A stretch of DNA of 64,000 nt from Candidatus Cloacimonadales bacterium (GTDB lineage Bacteria; Cloacimonadota; Cloacimonadia; Cloacimonadales; JAFGVF01). Both the position numbers and the translations under genes were made by a program. A model generated the notes under the pieces. The model made no database searches and was not told where the DNA came from. It saw nothing but the letters and a program-made list of their open reading frames with translations. Below, one piece after another: positions 36,524-45,477 of the stretch (position 1 is the first letter of the stretch; the number at the start of each line of letters is the position of its first letter). The stretch is taken from contig CAXXOU010000003.1 in NCBI GenBank assembly GCA_963677495.2, positions 224,001 through 288,000 on the forward strand. Reading direction: 5' to 3'.

Positions 36524-38791
36524 ATGAAGAAGTTTACTCTATTCGTTTTATTATTTACTCTCATCCTGACTCTGACCGCAGACAGAATGAGTGCAGACAA
36601 CAATCTTAAACCATTACCTGATGGTAAACCACTTTTCCAAGCTAGTCGTCCAATGGCAAGAGACAATGCCAGTGGAATTACTTGGGAGATGCCTTTTAAC
36701 CCTGTTGCAATTCATGGATCTAATTATTATGATTACATGATTGCCGGATATAGCAATATCCCTATCCGCAGACAAGAAGATAGTGTTGCCGGTGGTGGTT
36801 GGTTCTACAATTTTATGTCAAAACCATCTGCATCAGGCAATAGACGTGTTTATTACGGCTGGATGGATGACAATGGTCCGACTACTGATCCGCTTTTATT
36901 CACAGGTGTTGACCAATGGGAAGGTTATCCATCAATGGATCTTGATGAAGCTGGTCACATGATTATGAGCTGGCACTCAATCGGTGCTGATGATGTTGCT
37001 GATGTTAAAGTTGGTTATGACCCTTACTTTGCAGGTATCCCAGGAATTCCAAGTGATGCTTTCATGGTAATGGATAACCCAACAAACACTAATGGTTTTG
37101 ATGATAATGAATTTATCTGGCCTGGTGTACAGGTTGGTGCATCACCATTAGGTGGAGGCTATAACCGTGCTTATATAATGGCAAAGAACACAGTTTCACA
37201 TTCAGTTATTAGCGAAACAAGTGGTGAAGCGCAAGCAGTTGAGAATGTTTATATTGCTTTTGCTGACTATACTTCTGATGACATTGACTTCGGTCTTGAG
37301 CTAACCTGGAACTATACAAGTATCCCTACTATCGATGCTTGGAATGTTGATACAAACGAATGGCGTCGCCCTAACTACTCTTTCATCATTGGTGAAGGTG
37401 AAAACGAAGGGAAAATCTTCTACATAGGAACTCACCTTGGTGATCTTGCTCCTGAAGAAGCATCATTTGATGTATTTATTCATGATGATTATTGTAACCC
37501 GGAAACAGAATGGCGTACAGTTAGCTTTGACATTGAAATGCCTTTAGCAAATCCTCAGAATGCAAACAATGAATACCTCTTCATGGATGATGAAAATAAT
37601 GTACCTTATGACTTGCATTGGGATATCGTAAATAGCTCACACAACAATGCAGCTTTTGATAATATGGGTAGAATCCATTTACCTGTAACCTATTGTATCG
37701 TAACTTCAGAAGATAGTTATTATTACTATTTCCACAACCTTAAAGACATGATTTTTGATCCAATGAATGAAACACTTGAAATTGTAGATATTTTCCCACA
37801 AAGTCTTGCAGAAGGTGAACATTATGTACCTTGGGACATGGATGCAGATGGTGCTTATGACGCATACTGGGATGACGGAACATACGATGGTGTAGATGAT
37901 GGTATAACTCCGGATGTTGAAGGATATGGTAATCTTAAATATGATACAATCTGGCCTTTCCAACATTGGGATAGTGATAGTCATGAAGAAGCTATGTTCT
38001 TTAACTTAAATCACCTCAAGATGACTTATGCTAATGACGACAATGTTATGGCTGCACTATGGTTAGATTCAACAGCAGGAAGAGACTTTCTTGGTGACAA
38101 CTTAACATATTGGGAGCCTTACCAATCTACTCCTGAAATCTATGTTGCTATTTCCGGAGACAATGGTGAGACATGGACTGAGCCTTTTGCTTTCAGTGGT
38201 GTTAATGTAGAAGAAGATTTCTGGTTTGATGATGATGGTGCTTATCTTGGATTCACAGAGACTCATGAATATGTTCCTGCATGGGATGGTATGACTACAA
38301 TGTATGCTTATCCATCAGAAGAGCTTATTCATATCGGTACAGATGATGATGGTAATGAGATTTACAGACTCTTCATTATGTTCCATGATGATGATGACTG
38401 GGGTTCATCAGTTGTAGGTGAAGGTCAAGCAGGACCGGGACAGGTTCTTATGAATGCAATTGACTTCCATATCCCTGCCTCAGTATCTAACGATACAAAC
38501 TCACAACCTGTTGTTAACAGCATGCTTCAACAGAACTATCCTAATCCATTTAGCTCAACTTCTACTTTCGAATATGACCTTAAGAACTCAGGTGATGTAA
38601 GCCTTAAAGTTTACAACATTAAAGGTCAGTTAGTGAGAACACTTGTAGATAACCATCAAACTGCTTCAATGCATCAGATAAACTGGAATGGCATGAGCGA
38701 TTCAGGTGATGTTGTACCAAGTGGTATTTACTTCTATAAGTTAGAAGCTAATGGACATACAGAAACAAGAAAGATGATAAAAATCAAATAA
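36524..38791 (+). CDS. Secreted acidic protein with CTD (BNR/propeller-like core, function unknown)
   Basis: GGAGG SD, signal peptide, 'SGDNGETW' Asp-box-like, 'QNYPNPF...WNG...SGIYFYKL...RKMIKIK'. Confidence 0.8.
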   Translation: MKKFTLFVLLFTLILTLTADRMSADNNLKPLPDGKPLFQASRPMARDNASGITWEMPFNPVAIHGSNYYDYMIAGYSNIPIRRQEDSVAGGGWFYNFMSKPSASGNRRVYYGWMDDNGPTTDPLLFTGVDQWEGYPSMDLDEAGHMIMSWHSIGADDVADVKVGYDPYFAGIPGIPSDAFMVMDNPTNTNGFDDNEFIWPGVQVGASPLGGGYNRAYIMAKNTVSHSVISETSGEAQAVENVYIAFADYTSDDIDFGLELTWNYTSIPTIDAWNVDTNEWRRPNYSFIIGEGENEGKIFYIGTHLGDLAPEEASFDVFIHDDYCNPETEWRTVSFDIEMPLANPQNANNEYLFMDDENNVPYDLHWDIVNSSHNNAAFDNMGRIHLPVTYCIVTSEDSYYYYFHNLKDMIFDPMNETLEIVDIFPQSLAEGEHYVPWDMDADGAYDAYWDDGTYDGVDDGITPDVEGYGNLKYDTIWPFQHWDSDSHEEAMFFNLNHLKMTYANDDNVMAALWLDSTAGRDFLGDNLTYWEPYQSTPEIYVAISGDNGETWTEPFAFSGVNVEEDFWFDDDGAYLGFTETHEYVPAWDGMTTMYAYPSEELIHIGTDDDGNEIYRLFIMFHDDDDWGSSVVGEGQAGPGQVLMNAIDFHIPASVSNDTNSQPVVNSMLQQNYPNPFSSTSTFEYDLKNSGDVSLKVYNIKGQLVRTLVDNHQTASMHQINWNGMSDSGDVVPSGIYFYKLEANGHTETRKMIKIK

Positions 38792-38814
38792 ACTATTAAC
38801 CCTTAAAAAGATAG

Positions 38815-38842
38815 AAAGCCCTGATTATATCAGGGCTTTATT
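38815..38842 (+). terminator. Intrinsic terminator
   Basis: AAAGCCCTGA-ttata-TCAGGGCTTT. Confidence 0.75.
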
Positions 38843-39009
38843 AATTATTGGCAGATAAAATAAAAAGCATTTGACAGCATTTTACCGTTTTCGAAATTTA
38901 TGCAGAGGTTAGGAGATTATAGTTAGTTTTGGAATAATGCATAGGGAGATTCAAACCAAATGAATATTATGCATTTAATTAATAATTTCATAAAAATAAG
39001 GAGGATCTA

Positions 39010-42000
39010 ATGAGTAAGAAATTGCTATTAGTTCTTGTTGTTGCAATCATGGTATTTAGCTTACTGGCAGATGGTACAAACACTGAAGCCGGAGCTCCAT
39101 TAGTTAACGCGTTACCGTATACTGATACCGGAGACTTAAGTGATAATACTGATGACAATGCACAAAGAGGAAGAGACGAGTGGTGGGAAATCACTCCGAC
39201 TATTGATTTAACAAATGTGGACATTCATCCTGTATACGACGGTTGGGATGGATATCTTTATATTTATGATTCTAATTTAACTCAAATTGCCTATGATGAT
39301 GATGGTCCTGGTGGAACAGCTGACTCTCAAGTAATCATGGATATAGCAGCAGGTACAACTGTATACGTATGTATTGATGAATATTCAGCAAGCACAGATC
39401 AGAGAACTTTCACTCTCAATATCTCTGCTGATCAAACAGGTACTATCGTTGATGCAGATGCTCCTGATATGATTACAAACGTTAATCCTGCAAGTGGTGC
39501 CATTGATGTAGCTCTTATGCCTACATTAACTTGGGATTTCGGTGCAAACACAGAGACTTATGACATCTTGTTTGATACAGTTAATCCACCTGTCAACCAA
39601 GTTGTAACAGGTGCTACAGCCGGAGCTACAGGTTCTTATACACCAGCTGCTGATTTAGTAGAGTTTACAACATATTATTGGCAAGTTGTTTGTCATAATT
39701 CTATTACGACTACAGCTACTGTAAACAGTATGAATTTCACTACTGTTGACATGTCTGCAGGACATATTGAGAATGCAGATCCAGCTAACGCAGCTCTTAA
39801 TGTACCACTTGATCAAGTTATCACTTGGGACTTTGCAGCAAATGCTGAAACTTATGACTTATACTTCGATACAGTAAACCCTCCTGTAAACCAGATCGTT
39901 ACTGATGCTGCTGTTGCAGGCCAAGGTTCTTATACACCAACAGGTTTACAGACTGCTACTACATATTACTGGAAAGTTGTTTCTAAAAACTCAACTTCTT
40001 TACGAGACACTGAAGACTTAATGTCTTTCCAGACTACTCTTGGAACTGATGTTCTTACAATTGGTAATGGTACTGAGATTAACCATCACCTTCCAATCGA
40101 ACCTTATTATGGTTACTCTTACTCACAAACTATCTATCTTCAGAGTGAAATAAACACTCCAGGTAGAAGAATTGAGAAAGTGTATTATCAGTATAATAAT
40201 GCTGCTACACTTAATAACTGTAACGAATGGGTTATTTACATGGGACATACTGCGAACAGCAGTTTTGCAAACAATGATGATTGGACTCCTGTTGCTCAGT
40301 TAACAGAAGTATATAATGGACCACTTCCTACTATCCCTGCTGATGGTTGGATTGAGTTTATTTTAACAACTCCATTTGTATATAACAACACTGATAATCT
40401 TATAATTGCTGTTGAAGAAAACCAACCTTCATATGGTAGTAGTTCAGAAGAGTTCTTTGGTACTGCTGTTACAGACCCACGTTCTATCTACTATTATACT
40501 GATAGTGCAGCAAACAATCCTGATCCTAATGCTCCACCGACAGCTCAAGGTACTCCAAGTGTTATTCCTAACACAAGATTATACTTCGGTGATATCCCAG
40601 CTGGTGCTCAGATGATGATCAACCCTGAAACTCATGACTTCGGTACATTATACACTAACACTGCTTCTGCTCCTATAACAATTTCAATGCAGAATACAGG
40701 TTCAGGTGTATTGAATGTTCAGTCTGTTGTTCTTGATGATACAGCTAACTATACATTAACTGATAATAATGTGTATCCTTTAGCTCTTAATACTGCTGAA
40801 AGTGCAACATTTGATGTTACATTCAATCCTGTAAATGACGGTCCTTTACCTGCTACTATCACTGTAACAGATGATATTACACGTCAAACTTACACTATCA
40901 ACCTTACAGGTGAAGGTTTCAATAATACAGTTTCTGTCTTCCCATATACTCAGAACTTTGATTTAGGTGCTGACCTTCCTATCGGTTGGGAACAGGGAAC
41001 AGAAGATGACAATGATTGGAGTGTAGGTTCTTCTACACCTTCATCTAGTACAGGTCCACAAGCCGGTGACCATACATCAGGTGCTGGGAACTTCGTTTTC
41101 ACTGAAGCTTCAGGTAACTTAAACCAACGTTTTGACCTGCTTGCTCCTCCTGTTGATATTACAACACTTGCAAATCCATTCTGTTCATTCTGGTATCACA
41201 TGCTTGGTGAATCAATGGGTACACTTCACGTGGATATCTGGGATGGTACTCAGTGGAATGAAGATGTAATGACACCAATCACCGGAGATCAAGGTGACAA
41301 CTGGCTTACAATGGATGTTCCATTAGCTGGTTTTGGTGATATTGTTCAAGTTAGATTCCGTGGTGTAACAGGTGATAACTATTACAGTGACATCGCTATT
41401 GATGACATCTCTTTCTGGGATAATGGAACTGCCCCTGGTGTTGCTACATTAGTAGCTCCAACTGATGGAGAAACAGGTGTTGCTATGACTGGTACTCTTG
41501 AGTGGGATTTCGTTATGGGTGCTTCAGGTTACTATGTAAACCTTGGTACAGATAATCCACCTACAGATGTATATAACATGTCTGATGCAGGTAATAGCTT
41601 AACATTTGATTATACAGGTCTTACTGCCGGTACTACTTACTATTGGCAGGTTGTTCCTTATAATGCTATTGGTAATGCTACTAATGCTCCAGTATGGTCA
41701 TTCACAACATTTAATGACCTTCCACTAGCGACTACTGTAGTTGCTCCAGCTGATGCAGCTATTCACCAGAGTATTACTCCTGTTCTTGAATGGGATGCTG
41801 CTGCTAACTTCCCTGATGGTTATAGAGTATCTCTCGGTACTGATAACCCTCCAACTGATGTTCTTAACGCTGAAGATGCTGGCTTCGTTACTTCTTATGC
41901 AGTAACTGGTCCTTTAGCTTTCGAAACAACATATTACTGGCAGGTTGTACCTTACAACTTCGTTGGTGATGCAGTTAACTGTCCTGTTTGGTCTTTCACA

Positions 42001-44487
42001 ACTAGACCTGAAGGTATGGTAATTGTTGGTGATGGTGCTGAAACTAATCACCACCTTCCAATCGAACCTTACTATGGTTACTCATATTCACAGACTATTT
42101 ATACTGCTGCTGATATGGGTTCTGCAGGTTTCTTAAACACAATCTCTTACTATTATAATGGTGCAGGTACTCTTAGTAACTCAACTGATTGGGTTATTTA
42201 CATGGGTACTACAACTAATGATTCATATGCTGATGGAGACTCTTGGGTTCCTTTAACAGACCTTACAATGGTTTATAATGCAACTATCGCTGCTCCTGCA
42301 GGTGAAGGCTGGATTGACTTCCCATTAGACAACATGTTCTTCTATGACGGAATGTCAAACCTTGTTGTCGCTGTTGAAGAAAATGCTCCTCAATATGGTT
42401 CAAGTAACGAAGAGTTCTTAGGAACTGCTGTTGCAACTCCAAGAAGTATCTACTATTATAATGATAGTACCGATCCTGATCCAAATGCTCCACCTTCAGG
42501 TACAGTATCTTCAAATATTCCAAACACTAGATTCTTCATGATCCCTCCAAGTGATGGACCATATGTAATCATTAGTGCTCTTGATATTGAATTTGGTGTT
42601 GAAACAATTGGTTCAACTTCAGCTGCTTACAATGTAAGAATCGCTAACTTTGGTAACCAGGATGCAATTATTGATCCTGCTATCGTTATTAGTGGTGATG
42701 ATGCTGATCAGTTCACATTAAGTGATAATAACACTTATCCTATAACAATCGCTCAGTTCAATGAAGTTAACTTTGATGTTTACTTCAACCCAACAACTGA
42801 AGGTCATAAAGAAGCAATGTTAACAATCGTTGACAATGTTACTGATACAAGAGAAACACATGAGATTCCATTACACGGCTATGCATATGCAGCTGATAAC
42901 AATGACGAATCTGATGATGCTACTGAAGTAGTTCCTACTCTTGATGGTATTGAAGTTGCAGCTATTATTGAACCTGAAGATGATGTTGACTGGTATGCTT
43001 TCTGGCAAGCCGGTCCTGCTGATCTTGAAATTCATACTGAAAACCTTTATGGTTCAACTATCGATTTATCTGCAATTCTTTATGGTCCTTTCAACGACTT
43101 AGGTGAAGATGTAGATGAGTTTGCTCAATTCGCATTTGATGATGACAGCTGGACAGATGGACGTAACCCATATATTGATGCTAACATCACTGACTCAGGT
43201 TTCTATTATCTTAGAATCTCAAGATTCGATAATATTCCTATCGCAGAAAGAGAAAGAAAACTTGCTAGAACTGACCGTTGGGATACAGGCGATTATGCTC
43301 TTCATATAATCACTGATAATATCAACCCTCCTGCAGGTTTCGATCCTGTTACTAACCTTACTGCTAATATCACATACCAAGGTATTGATTTAGCATGGGA
43401 TGTTCCGGTTCCTGCAACCAGAGACCTTGTTGGTTATAATGTGTATAGAGATGATGTAGTAATCAATACAGAAGCAGTTCCTACTCCTATGTATCTTGAT
43501 ACTACAGTTGTTACTGATGTTACTTATGAATACAAAGTAACTGCTCTTTATGCTGGTCCTACAGGTGAATCACCTGCTTGTGACTCAATCATGGTTACAT
43601 TCATTGGTGTTGACCCTCCAATCATTGGTGAAGACTTCGAAAGCTATGCTGACTTCGCTACTGAAATGGCTGACTGGACACTTCTCGATGAAGATGGTGA
43701 AGGTACATATGGTTTCAATAATGGAATCGACTTCCCAGGCGAGCACAGTGCTATGTCTTATGTTATCTTCAACCCAAGTGCTACAGTACCACCTCTTCAG
43801 TTTGCTGATGCATTCAGTGGAGATAAATATGCAGCATGTTTCGCAGCTGATTCAGGTTCTAATGATGACTGGATGATTACACCAAGAATCCAAGTATCAT
43901 TAAATGATGCGACACTTTCATTCAAAGGTCGTTCATATACTACTCAGTTCGGTCCTGAACTTGTTGAAGTATTAATCTCTTCAGGTAGTGCTGATCCTGC
44001 TGACTTTACTGTTATCTCAGGTGACACTCCTCTTGAGTTACCTCTTGAATGGACTAACTTCTCATTTGATCTTAATGCATATCAAGATCAGTTAATTAGA
44101 GTTGCTTTCCGTTGCACATCAAGTCAGACATTCTTCGCAATGATTGACGATATCATGATTATGAATGATGGTGCGGTTCTCGAAGGTGAAGAACAGGTAT
44201 TCGTACCTACTACTACTACACTTCGTGGCAACTATCCTAACCCATTCAACCCAACTACTTCTATCAGCTTCGATATGAAAGAGAATGGCCCTGTAACCAT
44301 AGACGTTTACAATGTCTTAGGTCAGAAAGTTGCTCGTATCGCTGAAGGCGATTACAGTGCTGGAAGACATTCAGTAGTATGGAATGGTGATGATGCTAAC
44401 GGTACTCAAGTATCTAGTGGTGTTTACTTCTACAAGATGCAGAGCGGTACTTACACTAAATCTAAGAAAATGATTCTGATGAAATAA
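39010..44487 (+). CDS. Large modular surface adhesin-like protein A (PPC-like, FN3-like, ASH, MAM, cleaved-adhesin, CTD)
   Basis: Signal peptide; MAM 'TGP..DHT.G.G.F...EAS...FWYHM.G..MGTL...DIAIDDI'; cleaved adhesin 'EDFE...WT..D.DG...DDWMITP'; CTD. Confidence 0.85.
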   Translation: MSKKLLLVLVVAIMVFSLLADGTNTEAGAPLVNALPYTDTGDLSDNTDDNAQRGRDEWWEITPTIDLTNVDIHPVYDGWDGYLYIYDSNLTQIAYDDDGPGGTADSQVIMDIAAGTTVYVCIDEYSASTDQRTFTLNISADQTGTIVDADAPDMITNVNPASGAIDVALMPTLTWDFGANTETYDILFDTVNPPVNQVVTGATAGATGSYTPAADLVEFTTYYWQVVCHNSITTTATVNSMNFTTVDMSAGHIENADPANAALNVPLDQVITWDFAANAETYDLYFDTVNPPVNQIVTDAAVAGQGSYTPTGLQTATTYYWKVVSKNSTSLRDTEDLMSFQTTLGTDVLTIGNGTEINHHLPIEPYYGYSYSQTIYLQSEINTPGRRIEKVYYQYNNAATLNNCNEWVIYMGHTANSSFANNDDWTPVAQLTEVYNGPLPTIPADGWIEFILTTPFVYNNTDNLIIAVEENQPSYGSSSEEFFGTAVTDPRSIYYYTDSAANNPDPNAPPTAQGTPSVIPNTRLYFGDIPAGAQMMINPETHDFGTLYTNTASAPITISMQNTGSGVLNVQSVVLDDTANYTLTDNNVYPLALNTAESATFDVTFNPVNDGPLPATITVTDDITRQTYTINLTGEGFNNTVSVFPYTQNFDLGADLPIGWEQGTEDDNDWSVGSSTPSSSTGPQAGDHTSGAGNFVFTEASGNLNQRFDLLAPPVDITTLANPFCSFWYHMLGESMGTLHVDIWDGTQWNEDVMTPITGDQGDNWLTMDVPLAGFGDIVQVRFRGVTGDNYYSDIAIDDISFWDNGTAPGVATLVAPTDGETGVAMTGTLEWDFVMGASGYYVNLGTDNPPTDVYNMSDAGNSLTFDYTGLTAGTTYYWQVVPYNAIGNATNAPVWSFTTFNDLPLATTVVAPADAAIHQSITPVLEWDAAANFPDGYRVSLGTDNPPTDVLNAEDAGFVTSYAVTGPLAFETTYYWQVVPYNFVGDAVNCPVWSFTTRPEGMVIVGDGAETNHHLPIEPYYGYSYSQTIYTAADMGSAGFLNTISYYYNGAGTLSNSTDWVIYMGTTTNDSYADGDSWVPLTDLTMVYNATIAAPAGEGWIDFPLDNMFFYDGMSNLVVAVEENAPQYGSSNEEFLGTAVATPRSIYYYNDSTDPDPNAPPSGTVSSNIPNTRFFMIPPSDGPYVIISALDIEFGVETIGSTSAAYNVRIANFGNQDAIIDPAIVISGDDADQFTLSDNNTYPITIAQFNEVNFDVYFNPTTEGHKEAMLTIVDNVTDTRETHEIPLHGYAYAADNNDESDDATEVVPTLDGIEVAAIIEPEDDVDWYAFWQAGPADLEIHTENLYGSTIDLSAILYGPFNDLGEDVDEFAQFAFDDDSWTDGRNPYIDANITDSGFYYLRISRFDNIPIAERERKLARTDRWDTGDYALHIITDNINPPAGFDPVTNLTANITYQGIDLAWDVPVPATRDLVGYNVYRDDVVINTEAVPTPMYLDTTVVTDVTYEYKVTALYAGPTGESPACDSIMVTFIGVDPPIIGEDFESYADFATEMADWTLLDEDGEGTYGFNNGIDFPGEHSAMSYVIFNPSATVPPLQFADAFSGDKYAACFAADSGSNDDWMITPRIQVSLNDATLSFKGRSYTTQFGPELVEVLISSGSADPADFTVISGDTPLELPLEWTNFSFDLNAYQDQLIRVAFRCTSSQTFFAMIDDIMIMNDGAVLEGEEQVFVPTTTTLRGNYPNPFNPTTSISFDMKENGPVTIDVYNVLGQKVARIAEGDYSAGRHSVVWNGDDANGTQVSSGVYFYKMQSGTYTKSKKMILMK

Positions 44488-44509
44488 TTCAGAGTTATAT
44501 AGATAACTT

Positions 44510-44542
44510 AAAAGGCCTGCCGGAAACGGTAGGCCTTTTTTT
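44510..44542 (+). terminator. Intrinsic terminator
   Basis: AAAAGGCCTGCCG-gaaa-CGGTAGGCCTTTTTTT. Confidence 0.9.
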
Positions 44543-44544
44543 GT

Positions 44545-44569
44545 GTAGTGCGAGTGTCCCCACTTGCAC
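44545..44569 (+). repeat. GTAG-type REP-like hairpin
   Basis: GTAGTGCGAGTG-tccc-CACTTGCAC. Confidence 0.6.
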
Positions 44570-44685
44570 ATAGCTCGATAGAGCTATAACCGGGAAGCAA
44601 GTCGTGCTCAAAACTAGTATTGACTATATAATCATATGCTTAGTTCTAACTTCAAACATATGATTTCTTAGTTTCGGTCAGTCGT

Positions 44686-44810
44686 AAGCTGTCACCATAG
44701 CGACCAAAGTGAATTGGGTGAATAGCGGTTTATTGCATGATTTAGTTTCGTGACAAGATGCACCTGCATAGAAGGTGCGCTCCATAGTCCAACTCGTAAT
44801 CAACAAAAAG
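44686..44810 (+). repeat. 125-bp direct repeat copy 1 (contains GGAG-family REP at 44744-44787 on - strand)
   Basis: Gap-free match to 45314-45438, about 90% identical by eye. Confidence 0.9.
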
Positions 44811-44880
44811 CGGAAGTCCATTTCCCCTAATTTTGCTATCTATCTCCCCCCACTCAATAACAAATACTCAAAAATATCTC

Positions 44881-44905
44881 AGTTATCCACAGGATGTGAC
44901 TAACT
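44881..44905. promoter_or_regulatory. Opposed DnaA-box pair (second box degenerate)
   Basis: TTATCCACA(44883-91)-gga-TGTGACTAA(44895-903). Confidence 0.5.
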
Positions 44906-44915
44906 TGATGCTTTG

Positions 44916-44965
44916 ATCAAGTGAGTATCAAGAGAGTATCAGGTGTGTATCAAGTGTCTATCAAG
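44916..44965. repeat. 11-bp phased array (ATCAAG x5)
   Basis: ATCA(A/G)G at 44916, 44927, 44938, 44949, 44960. Confidence 0.85.
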
Positions 44966-45014
44966 TATTTAATGGGGGAAAATGGGGTTCGAACCTGCCG
45001 GAAATCGTACAAAT

Positions 45015-45098
45015 AACCACAGATGAACCACGGGTAAACCACGCCCAAACAACGGGAGCCGTGGTTAACCCGCGGTTAAGGCGTGGTCAACCCGTGGT
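45015..45098. repeat. 11-bp phased dyad array (AACCAC / CGTGGT)
   Basis: AACCAC at 45015, 45026, 45037, AACAAC 45048; CG(T/C)GGT at 45060, 45071, 45082, 45093. Confidence 0.9.
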
Positions 45099-45147
45099 AA
45101 AGTATGCCACATATGTGTATCGTCCGGGGTAGATTAAACTCTTATCC

Positions 45148-45279
45148 CTCTATCATAATAGGTGAGTGAAAGTTGGCTCATTTTTGGGAGTCTCTTGGGC
45201 CTTCCTGGGAATGGAGCACAAGAAAGTGCTAAGATTTTGGGTAGGAAAGCAACTAAATTCATGTCTAATTATGATGGAG
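45148..45279 (-). repeat. Family-2 132-bp element (copy 2)
   Basis: CTCTATCATAAT...ATTATGATGGAG; reverse complement aligns to 33095-33226. Confidence 0.8.
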
Positions 45280-45313
45280 CAATGATAGGGATGTGAATTA
45301 GATTTGAATACGC

Positions 45314-45438
45314 AAGCTGTCACCATAGCGACCAACGGGAGTTGGGTGAATAGCGGTTTATTGCAAGATTAAGTTTCGTGACAAGATGCACCTACATAGA
45401 AGGTGCACTCCATAATCCAATTCGTATTCAACTAAAAG
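45314..45438 (+). repeat. 125-bp direct repeat copy 2 (REP at 45372-45415 on - strand)
   Basis: 628 bp downstream of copy 1. Confidence 0.9.
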
Positions 45439-45463
45439 AGCCCCTGCTTTCACAGGGGCTTCT
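45434..45463 (-). terminator. Intrinsic terminator of adhesin B (identical to that of adhesin C)
   Basis: AAAAGAGCCCCTG-ctttca-CAGGGGCTTCT. Confidence 0.85.
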
Positions 45464-45477
45464 ATTATGGGAATATA

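Noticed and set aside
44984..44995. GGGGTTCGAACC resembling a tRNA T-arm
   Set aside because: No acceptor stem, D arm or anticodon arm could be built around it
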